From positions 1 through 64,000 of the forward strand of contig JALDZX010000015.1 of the NCBI GenBank assembly GCA_022813865.1: a DNA stretch of 64,000 nucleotides, read 5' to 3'. Below are positions 25,460 through 38,849 of the stretch, piece after piece (within the stretch, counting starts at the first letter, position 1; each line of letters opens with the position of its first letter). Below the pieces are notes generated by a model. The model was not told the DNA's origin. It ran no database searches and saw nothing but the letters and a program-made list of their open reading frames with translations. This DNA comes from Xylographa opegraphella (taxonomy: Eukaryota). The translations under genes were made by a program, and so were the position numbers.

Positions 25460-27905
25460 AGAGGCAGGAAGCAAAAGTTGGCGATGTTCTTTCAAGCTCT
25501 GACAGTCACACGCTTGGTGAGAAGGGGCAAGGATTCGACTAGCCTGAGCCGAGGCCGAGGGTGGATAAGGTAGGGGGAAGCAGTCGAGGCCCGCAGCTTG
25601 CAGCCTGCACCCCGCAAAAAAGCGAATCTTCCATCTTCCGTGCAGCACGCTAGCAGAAAAGACGGTGGAGCTAAAATGACCTTATTAAACCACGCCTGGT
25701 TGGACAACCAGTAACCTGATCTCAAAGGCCAGGAAAGTGGCTGCACACTGCACGCGGGCACCACCGTCAAGTCTGCTCCACAGCCGATGCCCGAGCCTGG
25801 GAAAAGAGCCCGGCGAACCTTGTCCTGTGCTGGTCTGTGGGGGTGCCGTCTTGCGCATGACATTCACACATCATCTCGGAGGCATCACCAATAACAGTGC
25901 GAGATCAGTAGACAAACGACCTTGCTTTTTGCCGCTGGCTTGAGCCAGATACTCCGCACGTACAACCATCTCTATGAAGTGTTCACCCCTTCCCTGTTCT
26001 GGTGGCTGCTCCGTGGTCGCAGCAAATGGACAAGGAGCCAGTGGTTTCACAGTACACTAAGCGGTTGGCGGTCAAGGTACCTCTTCTCCACCATCAGTAA
26101 GATGATTTACCTAATATCTCCGCTGACGATTTCCTTTGGACATGCACAGGCTCTTCGCCTCACCTCGACCAGGCGCTACCCACAAACTGAGTTTCCAAAA
26201 CACTAGTCGACGCTTGGTATCAGATGGCCCGCTGCGTCACGGCCGCTCCCTTCCAATGGTTAGGCTCCCGAATCTGGAGATGGTGGGATCATATTACTAG
26301 TAAGTCGGCTCGATCTGCGGGGTAGTTTGCTTCACAACGGTCACGACCCGCCGCCGTCATTCCGTTGCCACGGAAGACTTCTGTGGGCACGCGTTCCTGG
26401 AGGAAGGGCGATGGAAGGAGGAAGAGATTACCAAATCTTGGTAGAGCCACGGGGCCGGTTGAAATCCCTTGCATCCCGGCAGCAGTACCACTCCCTTCAA
26501 CTTCTCAATCTTTGCTTAATGTTCGTTGAAACATCCAGGTCAGGGCCGGCTGCTCAGAGGGTACTGCAGACCATTTCTATTCGCTACGATGGGCAGAAAT
26601 TGTTCTGAGAGCTGAACCACTCATGAGACGATCTACGGAAGCTTCCATAGGATGGATGAGTGAACGCAGTCATCGTCAGCCACCAGCCACCGGCCAGTGC
26701 GCAGGTGTCTGCCAGTTGACACTCTGGTAATGCACAATCATATGATCCCTTTTCCCGGACCGGCTTGATCCTCCGTCTTCGCAAATTCAACGACAGCAAC
26801 GTATAGCCTGTATCGATGCTGGGACATCATCAATATGCAGTCAGCGGAACATCCTCCAAATTTCGACCAATCCCCGTCTCATTTCAACAGTACTCCTTCG
26901 AACGGATTGTCTGATGACCGGTTTGATGTGCTCCTGATGACACTCTCGACTTGTGAGTATTTGTGGGTGCCCGGTCAGGTCAAGGCATCACTAGTAGGAC
27001 TCTGCGTTGAACTGGACCAAGCATCCTGCATGGCCTCGAGGCTAGGATGTCTGTCCTTTTGACTTGCTCCATGTATCGAATATCTTCGGTCGATTGAATA
27101 CATGGTATTCGCCGGACTAACGGGTATCATACTGGTTTTGTTTCGAAATATCTTACGTTGGACGAAGCAGTTAATCATGATGAAGACTCTCTTCATGCTG
27201 TGTCATCATATATCTGTCTTGACAGAACCGCGAAGATGTCTTTTCAGTCGACATGCATTACCTGCAGTTTGTCACTTGCGTAGTAAGCCTGTACTGTAAT
27301 CTTCGTTTTGGGCTTTTAGTTCATTACGCTGTACTCTTTGAGATTGCAACCACTTGTGTCCGATTCAGCTACACTTCCGGAATTTTAGTAATTGTGTATC
27401 TGCCAGCACCTCCTTTCTTTGTTACTTCCACATGCCGAGATCGCCACTAATGCAACTACAGCTTGCTTGCGTGCTTTGGAGCTTCTAGACGTTCGGAGTA
27501 CTCTTCTTTGCCTTAGTTACCACACCTTTCAAAAATGCCTCAAACCCGTGGCTATATTCTAGTGGCCATGGAGCACATCCAGGATGCGGAGGCCAAACTC
27601 CATCGACTTGACACTATCAACTGGACTTCGAAATCCCTGCACTGCTTCGTTCCTCATTGTCTGTCTGTGTGCTTCTGGTATAGAGCAATTTTGGTGGTGC
27701 ACTGAATCCCTCGAGAGTCAGTTGTCGATACAGCAAAGCCTGTGTATCCAGTGACTATGTCAAGAGAGGGAGCTGTGCAGCCCCTCGACTTGTGAAAAAG
27801 TGTGGACGGAGGCAGGTGATGCATCTCTCCGTAGTACTGCAGTTTTGTCACGCAGTCTGGTCACTGTCATACCTCACATATCGCGGACTCTCGCACAGCA
27901 CATGT

Positions 27906-27914
27906 CTATATAAG
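27906..27914 (+). promoter_or_regulatory. TATA box of the GH16 gene
   Basis: CTATATAAG about 60 nt upstream of the ATG at 27970. Confidence 0.5.
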
Positions 27915-27969
27915 TTCCGAGATTACGGAAACATGTTCTCCGCCTCACATCTCTTCGTCCCTCGCCAAG

Positions 27970-29464
27970 ATGCTTTCTCTTGGCCCTATACCGCGTCATG
28001 GTACCATATTGATCACTTTCTTCGCCGTTGCCTCTCAAGCATACACTCTTGTGAATAACTTCAATTCGGCGAATTGGATGAGCTCGTTCCAGGTCCAAAG
28101 CGTACGTCTCTTCTTCTCGAAGCGATCCTGATCTAACCGCAAGCACCGAAGATCCCCGATCCTACCGGCGGCTTCGTGACATACCTTACGCAGGCTGAAG
28201 CCGAGGCCGATGGGCTTTACAAAATCCAAGGAAATCAAGTGTATTTCGGGGTGGACAATACCCATGTCATCTCGCCAACCGGGCCGGGCCGCAATAGCGT
28301 TCGGCTCCAAAGCAATGCCGCATACAATAACGCACTGATCATCGGTGACTTTGCGCACATGCCAGGTAGTGACTGTGGCATCTGGCCGGCATTGTACGTA
28401 TTGCACTGCATATTAGCAATTTCATCTTTCTTGGTGCTTTATTTCGATGCTCATATCGACCATTTTCCACGTGCTTCTTCGGTCATGCACGGTTCTCCTG
28501 GACACTCGTTTCCAGTGTAAAGCAACGCTGACCCACATACAGTTGGGTCGTCGGCCCCAACTGGCCTTCGGGAGGCGAGATAGACATCAGTGGGTGAACT
28601 GACTATTTCTTATTGAAGAGAGGAATAGATTTACTAAACAACCGTTTTCTTACACTAGTCGAAGGCGTCAACATTGGGGTTCAAGATCAGGTTACGCTGC
28701 ATACCAGCCCAGGCTGCACTGTCAACGTTGGTACCCAGGGCCAAACAGGTATGTCCCTTAGAAACTGCGGTTTCACACCTATTGCGTCTGCCAATATTCG
28801 CACTAACATGCTACGTTCCCTTTAGGTACTAGCACCGGTGATCCCAGCTGTGGCGACGGTGGTGGCTACAACGGCTGCGCTGTCGTCGACTACGTCGGGA
28901 CCTCCTACGGTACAGCCTTCAACTCCGTCGGCGGTGGAGTGTACGCCACTCTGTGGAACGCCTCGGTCATCGAGATCTGGTACTGGGCGCGCAATCAAGT
29001 CCCCGCAGATGTGACAGCCGGCACGCCAAACCCCGCGAGCTGGGGCTCTCCAGCAGCGGACTTCAGCGGGTATGATTTCTCGATAACCCCCGGTCTCTGC
29101 CCTGACCGTTCGTCAGTCGATCGAACTAACCACTGGCATCTGGCAGCTGTCTCTTCGACACCTATTTCAAGAACATGAATATCGTAAGCGCTTCCCTCCC
29201 CTCTCCCCCGCTGTGGTCCTCCTCAACCACTTATACTCGCCATTGTCTAGATCTTCGACACCACCTTCTGTGGCAGCTGGGCCGGCGCCGTGTGGGGCCA
29301 GTCGTACTGCGCCACCGTCGACGCCAGCTGCTCCGACTACGTGGCGAAGAACCCGCAGGCGTACGCGGACGGCTACTGGCTGGTGGTATGGCGCCCTTGC
29401 CCTGCACGCTTTGCAACGCGGCTGCTGACCAAGAGCACAGAACTCCGTCAAGGTATACCAGTGA
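27970..29464 (+). CDS. Secreted GH16 endo-1,3(4)-beta-glucanase (Lam16A-like)
   Basis: Signal-like N-terminus; DPTGGFVTY, GRNSVRLQS, HMPGSDCGIWPA, WPSGGEIDIIEGVN (catalytic ExDxxE split by an intron), GGGVYATLW, FDTTFCGSWAG, ends NSVKVYQ*; about 7 introns. Confidence 0.93.
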
Positions 29465-29661
29465 CCACGGGCAGGAGAGCAGGTAGGGCGGCCGGCGAGC
29501 GCGCCGGATGTGTGCGGACAGCCACTCGGCGAGGCTTCCGCAGTGTATTTCCAACGGCGTGTGCAACGATATATAGAGTCCGCGCGAACGAGCCCGTGTG
29601 TCTGCGACCGCATGTAACGAATGCGTTCCACGTAGGTGGTCTAGAATACACACTTTTGAGA

Positions 29662-29685
29662 CAGATCCAGATCCAGATCCAGATC
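29662..29685. repeat. (CAGATC)4 microsatellite
   Basis: Read directly from the sequence. Confidence 0.75.
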
Positions 29686-30493
29686 GCTCGGTCGCTATCC
29701 CAGCCCGGAACGCCGCCACGTAGCACCCCGTCGAGTCGTACGCGCGCAGCCCTTTTCCAGCGTTTTCGTTCGCGATGTATCACGTGCGCGTGCGTTGACT
29801 TCCCCCGTCCTGTGCGCTGCAGGTAAGTCGTACCTATCGAGCACAACCCGTTCATATCCCCGAGTCGCTGTGGAGCTGCCTCAGTGGCACCCTGCGCTGG
29901 TCACCACTCCCTATCCCTCGCGCTGTCCATAGCTGTAGACGTAGCGGTCGGTCGATGCCCTACCCTAGCCCTGCCCTACCCCTCGCCCCGGCCGGGCCGG
30001 CCGTACCCTCCCATTCTCCCACCCACGCCTCGCTACCGCGCAGCCGACACGCTCGCGGCATGACTCTCTGGGTCCTGACACCTTGACTACACCCATCCAT
30101 CCATCCATTCATATGGAGTACATAAGCGGCGTGCCGTAGCAGAAGGAACTTCTCATCGTGAGGCCGCTCGTGCGAGGTCCGGAGGGAAATGAAACCGACG
30201 GTCGTCGTTGGCGCTGTGTTGGGGTCCGGAGGGCGGGTCTGGCCGCGCTGTGGGAGGGGGTGGGATCGTGGGCGGAGGTGCAAGGGGAGAGGAGGGGGAG
30301 CGGTGCGGCCGTGGAGGGATCGGGCGTGGTGTTTGAGGGGTGTGGGGAGAAAAGTATACGGCGAGAGTGTGATCACTGGCGTGAAGGGTGGGAAGCGCGA
30401 CGACCGAGAGAAAGCTTCGTCATTACGCAATAACCATTATTTTTGTCGTAGATGCAAGACGTGCACGCTCATTGGAGTCTATATCCATCCTGT

Positions 30494-32347
30494 TTACAAC
30501 AGGCAAGCCAATCCCACAATCGCTACCAAACAAGCTTTTAAGAAGTGGCCATTCAGACGCGAAGCCATCGCTTTGGAAGTGGCCGCTGTGGCCGCTGTGG
30601 CCGCCGCAGCCGCGCTCCCTGTGGCCGTGGCTGTACTTGTGGCTGTAGATGAAGCTGCAGTCACCTTGCCAGTTCCTGTAGGGGCGATGCCGGTCGTCCC
30701 GGCTACCTTGGGCGCCCCGGTCGCGGAGACGGTGGTGGAGACCGTCTCGTAGAAGCTCCAAGTCCCCGTTGCCGGAACATCGTAATTGGCGACCGCAGTC
30801 TCGTTTTCGAATGCGCGAACTGGGTTCACGACTCTCGTAGCACCAGGCACCGAGTTCTTTCCAGACGTAATCTCTACAATATCATCCGCCTGGGCACCGA
30901 CATTGGCTTGCGCAAGAGAGATTTCGTTGTTGTCGAGGTCGAACACCATGTACGCGCTGCGCATGAAGGTGTCGCCGAGAATCATATCCTCGCCGCTGGG
31001 TTGCATACCTAGAAGACAAGCTGGGGTCTTACCGTCTCGGAGGGTGGGAATGTAGTTGTCATACGCCAAGAAGTCCTGGGGAAAGATAAGTTCGGTGAGT
31101 GGGATGGAGATTGAGAAGGATGTGAACTCAAAATCGATAGTAGATGTATTGCTGGTCATCGAGCATGGGACCATTGCGTACTCACTGGCAGCTTCGTACT
31201 CTGCACCGAGAGCTGTGAGGATTGGCTGCAGATGTGCAAGGGGCAATTCGATATTGTAGGTGCCGGAGTCGATGAGAAACGGATCAGCACGCTTTGTCAC
31301 AAGGGGTATGGAAGTGTTGGCTTTGGCATTTGTCCTTGAATCTGCAGAAAGCGTGAGACCTATGCCTGTGACCGTAACGATAAATCCGGACGGGGTTGTA
31401 TAATTCGGGTTGTTCTCGATTGGGATTGTATTCAAAGGCCCACTGTATTTCCCCTTGTTGACCCCGCCAAAAATGAGAGATCCTGTGGTGGAGTTTTGCG
31501 TGTTTAGCCATAAACTGTACGCATTTGACTGTATAGCGCCGCTGGACACCATGAGTTCGGAGATCGAAGGATATTGGTTTTCTCCTTTGTAGGTTCCCTG
31601 CTCTCCAGCTGAGTATGAGAGCCCCCAGATGCTGTCTGTGCATCTAGTCAATTGATGGATTCAGTCTTGCTATGCCTTCCTAACCCACCAGGAGTTGTTG
31701 TATTGTAAGATAGAACCATTTGAACATCATTTAACGAAGTATCACCGAAGCGGACTGTGTCCATTGCATAATCCCCACTCGTTAAGTCGCCTCCGCCATA
31801 GCCCAAGGACGCATTGCTCGAGAGATACTGATAAGTAGAGGAGGAATTTGCACTGTCTATATTTAATCAGTCCTTTGAAATCTTCTGGGAAGACTAATGT
31901 ATCAACGACTCACAGGTAGCTCCTGCACAAACAGAAGGCTGCTCTTCACAAAAAGCCGACTTTGCGGAGTTGAGGACAAGGTCATTGCTTCCAGTATCAA
32001 GTTGGACCGTGACCATCTGCGTGGGAGTTCCAATGGTAAGATTTACAAAATATTGTGCGACGGGATTCTGTAATAAGAATTAGACGATACGAGGATGTAA
32101 AAGCCGGTTTCGTAGTGAGCGGAGATCTCCATACCGCTACCTCAAGAAGACCATTTTGAACCCCGACTGTAACGTCACCACCACCGTGCTGCCGTCGTCG
32201 TAGCTGTGACGGTATCGAAGACCTTGCTCTTGTCGTGTCGAACGAGACTACGCTGTGCCCATGCCTTGGTCCCAGCGATCCTTCGAGCAAAGCGGCATCA
32301 ACAGCCGTGACCAGTAAAACACATCCGAGCAAGCTACATTCTCGCAT
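30494..32347 (-). CDS. Pepsin-family aspartic protease, yapsin-like, probably GPI-anchored
   Basis: Signal peptide MRECSLLGCVLLV, prosegment RRR, catalytic LDTGS and IDSGT, ILGDTFMRSAYMVFDLDNNEISLAQA, Ser/Thr/Ala-rich tail and hydrophobic C-terminus; 3 introns. Confidence 0.92.
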
Positions 32348-33617
32348 TGTGCTGAGATGTGATGTATAGAGCTCCTCCAAGCTGAATATGAAAGAGAACA
32401 GGGATTATTGGGTCAACTCGAACGAGGAAATAAGGATCCTGTCTGAGCAATTATGTAGCCCATGGGCAAGCCAAAGATCAACAACGTCCGAGAACGTTGG
32501 TCCAGAGAACTGCCTCGTGCAAGCCAAACGAACGGCGAGTTGGGAGGATTCGATTGACAGACCTCCCAACGTACAAGAAGCAAGTGCTTGCATTTTGTTG
32601 ATGTGTTTCAGCGGGAAGCCCTGGAGGCCGGCATAGGAGCGTACGAACACGGAGATTGGAGCAAAAGAATTGAAGGAACTCCTGAGGCTAAAGTTAGTTG
32701 GTTAGCCGGGGCGCAAGTGACAAGGCGAAGGCCAGCAGCGGCCGCTATCCCCTATGCACATGTGGCCAAGCGCCTGCGAGCCAGCCCCCAACTCTATTCT
32801 TAGAGCTGTGTTCTCCGTTCTCCGTGGATAATACTGATGCTACGGTGCGGTGGCTACCCACGCTTTGCAGTGTGACTGTCCGCATCTGTGTGGTACGGCC
32901 AGCGTGTGCATCAACGTGTTCAGCGATAACGAGGACTTACCGTTGCATTGCAGGGGTCATTGATCCGGCCTGAAACAATCACATATTGGCACTTCAATCG
33001 CTTGGTCACTATCGGCGTGGTAAGCGAGGCTTGAGAGCTTAACAAATCAAATACAACTTACCAGAAATACGTACGTGCTCACGTACAACGCACGAACAGG
33101 ACTTGAATTGAAAATAGCAAGGGAACATTTATCCGAAATGCATTGAAGGGGCGATGGTTGAATCGAAGGTCTTCACGAGGTTGCAACAGTGCCTGCTGTA
33201 GCAGTTCGGGAATGCAGTTCACCTAGAAGTACTCAATCTTCTCGCTCCTCCACGACTGGTTGAGATAGATTCCTCCAATTCATGTTGTTATGAAGGGAGA
33301 GAGAAACTCGGAAAGGGGCTTAATGGGACAAGAGTCAATTTTTCCTCATGCTGTAGCACTTAGATACTACATAAACAAGGAACGCTGATATTAACTAAAC
33401 CCTTCAAATTATTAGGCATTCGGCTTAAATCGCTACCAACTGACCGAGGAGGATATCACCAAAAACTGATTCCGTAGCAACTCAGAACGCAGCACAGGCT
33501 CAAAACATGATGTCAAGCGGCACAAGCTGTACAAAACGTCCATCATTCAATCGTCTGACACTTCCCGCACGTATCTCAATCCCACACTCTTACTGAACTT
33601 CGTCCAAGGCCAATGCT

Positions 33618-36600
33618 TCAGAGCTCATCCTTGATCATGCTCGTCGCGGACGAGACGGCACTGCTGATGCTACTCGCCATATCCTCTACCCCACTCTGGG
33701 CCTTCTGTATAGCATCACCAGCACCATCGCCAGCTGCGACATACATCTCTGCCAGTCTTACTCTCGCACTTTCTACCGCCATACTGAGTCTATTTTGTGC
33801 GCTTTCGACGGCACCTTGCTCGGGTCCATAGACGGCCTCGCTGACCTTAGCATGGGCATTGGAAAGAGTGTCGCCAATGACCGAAGTTGCGACAGAGATG
33901 TTGTCTTGTACTGCAGACGTCATCGATGAATATGCATTTGCAGCTGCACTTGTAATTGAATCCGCGGTTCCAGTAGGCGTACCATAGATAGCAGCAGAGA
34001 TTGCGTTCTGCGCCGACGATGCCGCACTCTGAATTGAGCTCTGAGCGGCCTCCACGTATCCTGTCTGTGAACCGTATATCCTTGCGCTTACCTGGGACTG
34101 AACAGCGCTATAAGTGCTCGCAGCTTTATCATACACTCCTAGTGTTGTGCCATAAAGTTGAATACTAGCTGCTTCGACTGCAGAGTTAACTTGCTCACTT
34201 GCACTCTCAAGAATAGCTTCAAGTGTTGCGGGAGGAGTGAACACAGAGGATACTACTGATGATGCGGAAGCATAAGCTTCGCTGGCATAACTCGACGCCG
34301 ATGAAGCAACACTGATATGATAACCGGTATTGTAGGCCGAGCTAAGTCTGCTCATCACACTCTCTGTAAAATCGGGCTCCTTTCCAACAACGAGTTCCGA
34401 AAACAATGCTTGCACAGCAGCGAATTGCGAGGCGGCAGAATCAGTAGCTTGAGCGGCAAATTCGCCAGCCTGTGATAGTACTGATTGTGAAAATGGTGTG
34501 GGTGCCCCGTAAACTTGCTCACTGGCCTTGGAGACTAGCACTTGCCAATTTTGGGATGCCTGGCTGGCCACCGATTCACTCCATGGGACCTCAGATCCGA
34601 CAAGACCAGTACTTGCAGCAGATGATATGGAAGCAGCCTTAGCAGAAATTACGGATGCTACAGACTCTATGCTCCCGATAGAAGTTCCATATATCGCCGA
34701 GCTAGCAGCGACAGAAGCCGACGAAAGCGACGCCGATGCCGCTGACAGTGCTGCACTATATTGTGATGATGCAGAATCAAGGGCGCTCTGAACCGGTGAC
34801 TTGATGCTCTCGTCCGCAGTTGTACCTGCAGGGCCTATGATTTTGTGGTAGTTCTCCGATGCCTGTGCTATCGCACTGCTATACTGAACCTGTGCTAGAC
34901 TCATCAAGCTGTGATGTACTGGGATAGGAGTACCGTATACGGCTCCTGAAGCAGCATCATACAAACTTCGGTGGACGGGAGTTGCTGTTCCGTATACTGC
35001 TTCTGATGCCGCATTATAGAGACTCTGATGAACTGGTGTTGGAGTGCCATATACAGCACTAGAGGCTGTACTGATAAACTCAGAATACCTTTCGTGAGCA
35101 ATACCTACTGCTTCATAATAATGTCGTTGAGCATCCATGATGAATTGCTGATGAGCTGGAGTGGGTGTGGCACCAATCGCTCCTTTAGCATTTGAATACT
35201 GTGCAGAGGCGAGGCTGAGACCCTCGGCGAGGCGTGAAGACGCCATTGCGCTAATGGACGCCAGGACACCCGGTGTGGGGCCGTAGATCATGTTGCTAGC
35301 AGCGCTCGTAGCAGACACATGTTGCATTCTCGCAGCATCCATAAGATCGGAATAGCTTTTCGCTATGGCATCACTGTATCCCGTGGTTGAGGAAGGTGCT
35401 ATAACGCTCTTGGCAGCGTCATATTGTGAGGAGGCAGCTGAGATTGCAGCAGAGTATTTCTCGTTCGCAGCCATAACGAGAGACTCTTGTGGACTTAGTG
35501 AGGCGCCATAAACACCAGTGGATGCCGCGCTGATGATAGACTCGAGACGACTGCTGGCAGCATCCAGCGAGCCCGAATACGCACTTTGGATAGACGCAAA
35601 GACCTGTTCATGCACTGGTTGTGGAGTACCAGATATCTGCTGAAGTGCAATTGACATGGCATGTGAATACTGCACTTGTACCTGGCTGACAGCTTCCGAG
35701 TATTTCGAGCTTGCCTGTGCAGCCAGCGATCCTACGACCGGAGTAGCAGTCCCATAAATGACCGACGACGCCCTATTCATAATCAGCATACAAACAGGTA
35801 AGGAGTTTAGCTATACTAACGCTGCTACCGCAACAGAATATCTGCTTGATGCTACACTGGACACTAGCTCCACAGTACCTTGCTGAGTACCGTAAATTGC
35901 CTTTGAAGCCGCGGCGAGTGCACTACTGTACTGTTCGCTCGCTATCGATGTAGCACTTTCAACAGATCCTTGTGGTTGTTTCGAGAGTCCAAGCGCTTCA
36001 ACTACGGCTTTTGTGACATCAGCATAATTATCTCCTGCTTGGCTTATTATGTTCTGTATCTGCTCAGAGTATGACGAGTCCTCGTCCTCGTTCACAAAGT
36101 CATCCAAGATTGGAATGTGCTCCTTGACCTCCTGTGCCATAGCGCCACCAAAGACTTTCTTAGACGCTTGACTTGCAGCAGATGAAGCACTTGCACTGAC
36201 AGAGCTTGCTACACTAGCGGCCGTTGCTGATAAAGGTGCTGAAGATGGCGAGATAGCATCGGTAATAGCAGACGATACCGACATAACACTTTTGGAAACC
36301 TCAGAAGCAATGGACTCATAAGCTGGAGCTGGTGTGCCTATAATCGCTTCACTGGCCCCATGAACAGCTTCATTCGCCTTCTTACTGGCTGCTGAGACAA
36401 CACTTTCGGCTTTTGGCTGCGGCGTACCCATTACTACCTTCGAGAGCTTTGCGGTTGCCGAGGATATAGTCGCTTCTATAGGTGTAGATGAGCTAAATAG
36501 AGCCTCGGAGATGTAGTTTGATGCGTCTGCAGCTTTCGCACTCAGGCCACTTGCAATGGACTCCTGAACGGGTACCGGAGATCCACTAACTGCTTCTGCC

Positions 36601-38849
36601 GCTTTGCTTCCGGTATGTTCAATAAAGTCTGCTTGTGTGCCAATAACCTGAGCTGATGCACTCGATGCAGCGCCCGCAATCGCGTGTGAAGCTTGCGCAG
36701 CTAGAGACTCCGCCTTTCCACTAGGACTTCCTATAATGGATTCAGTAACTGAACTGATTCCCTGCATGACTTGCTGGCCAACAAGCGCCACTTTGGCGGG
36801 CATGATCTTAGTGCCGAAGTCGTCAGACTGATCACCAGCTTCAAGTTTCCATGCGGCTACTTCCTTCAGTCTTGTCAATTCTTTGGCGGCGTTTTCAGCT
36901 ATTGCCATACCCTTTTCCTCAATATCTTCTGCGGCAGACCGTGCGTTGAGTAAACCAGGATGGTCCTTGGCAACGGCTTCGACCTCATTGCGCCATTTAT
37001 CAAACGTTTTCTTGACAGCGTTGTAATTAGTCCAGTCATCGTAAGTCACGCCTTCTATCTCTGCCCAGCGTAGACCAACTTTTTGGAGTCCGAGGTCTCG
37101 AATACTATCAATCACTTCTAGCGTCGAGTCGGAAGCGGCAAGAACTAGCGCCTCCGTCTCATTGTCGAATCTTAATTTCCATGACCTTAAGACCTGAGCC
37201 TTAGACTTCACCGCCTGTCCTGACGTCCGAACAGCTTTAGCCACTTCTTCTTGGGCCTTCTCGAAGTCCTTCTCTAACGGCTCCTCAGGAACGGATTTGA
37301 CGATTTTGTTGATATTCTTTTTCAGTTTTGCGTATTCACCATTCGTGGTTTCCTCAAGCTGTACTACAAGCGCACCGCCAACTCCATTGACTTGGGTCTC
37401 GATCTGACGGTCAGTGATCTCTTTAATGCGTCCATCGAGCTCTTCGGTGCCCTTTCTGGCGGCTTTTGCAAACTTTTCTTGCCAGGTCTTCAGGTCGTCA
37501 GCAATCTGTTTCCGAACCTCCAAGGCCTCTTCATCCGGCGTCGACGAAGGTGAAGCACTTTCAAGTGAGGAAGTGGACGTCTGCGTGAGGATAGCGCTGC
37601 CTGTTGATTGAACGGAAGAAATGATGCTTGAGGACGCTGATAGGATACTAGAAGACAGTGAGACTGAATCCGGAGAGCTGTGGCATACCAGTTAGCTATG
37701 GAGGTCTCGGGGAGCAACTGCTACAAAAATTCCCTCTCTCTAATCTAAGTCAAGCAATACAATCAACATCCAACACATTAGCTGGGATGAATGAGATGAG
37801 TTTATCCATCAGTATCCTTACGAGGTCTTGGGTTCATGATAAAATGACCAAATATAGCCAATCATAGAATAGGGAGCGCCCATTAAGCGTCGAAAGACGA
37901 ATTATGGAAGAGTAGCATACCTGTCAACCTCCTTCACAGCAGCCATCAGCTTCTTGCCATCTCGATATCTACCAAGCCGCTCTCCAATCCTCATCAACTG
38001 AGGTTCGACATTCTCTCCATAGAGCACCCTCAGCTTTGGCCACAAAGTTCGATCAATGAAGATCAAAGACGAGCCCCATATCCATTGAGCATAAGGCAGA
38101 CCAGTCTCTACCACAGCCTTGTGACCCAGCGCATAGGATTTTTTGACGTATGGTTTTGAGATCATGTATACCGGAAGAAGTGTCGACTTATAGGTCCGAA
38201 GCACATTGTCCCGCCCTGCCGTAATGTAGGGTGCCGTAGCAGTTGCGACCTTGCTCACGTGGGGAGCCAGTGATACTTCATATTTTTTGTGAACCTGTGC
38301 TTGGGCTGTTTCAATCTGGGGTCTTAGGGTCGTTTCCCATTGCGCTTGTCCATACCCACGTAGCTGGTTGACCCGAGGTGCACCATATGTAGAGTAGCTG
38401 TGCTTCCCAAGATCAACCACCGGAGTATATATATGTTTATCAAGCTTGTTTACGTAAGGTCGACTCGCATTTACGTAGGGCGCTGCATATGTATCATAGT
38501 AAGGAGTAAGGTAAGGCTCGACATGTGACCGCACTGTCAGATATGGTTTGCATACTACCGACGATTGCTCATTCAGGTTATCGAGTGACGAAGGACATTG
38601 GAAAACGGCGACGAATGCCGTATACCACACCAGCAATCTATTCTACAATGTCAGCCTTAGCCAATACGCAATGTAAGGGTATTTGAATTCCTCTGACCTT
38701 GCCACCATGCTGGATACCCGATTTATTGCGTTTGGCTTCTTAACCGGAGACTGGGAAGGTCGGCCAACTATGTGTCCATTCGGCTCACTATTAGGGAGCT
38801 TTGATTCATCGGAGGGCTCTGTAGGTCGGCCGTTGGCTTTGACTCCCAT
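33618..38849 (-). CDS. She10-like large Ser/Ala-rich membrane/ER protein with C-terminal KDEL
   Basis: Four exons. N-terminal TM segment then FQCPSS..VCKPY, helical coiled-coil region (LKTWQEKF), many A[VI]YGT repeats, ends MIKDEL*. The family assignment is from recalled motif similarity. Confidence 0.7.
34905..35061 (-). repeat. 57-bp coding tandem repeat (about 2.7 copies)
   Basis: AVYGTPTPVHQSLYNAASE / AVYGTATPVHRSLYDAASG / AVYGTPIPVHHSL. Confidence 0.75.

Noticed and set aside
16333..37920. Two introns of identical 243-nt length (PKS and She10-like gene) as possible introner elements
   Set aside because: No visible sequence similarity between them; treated as coincidence.
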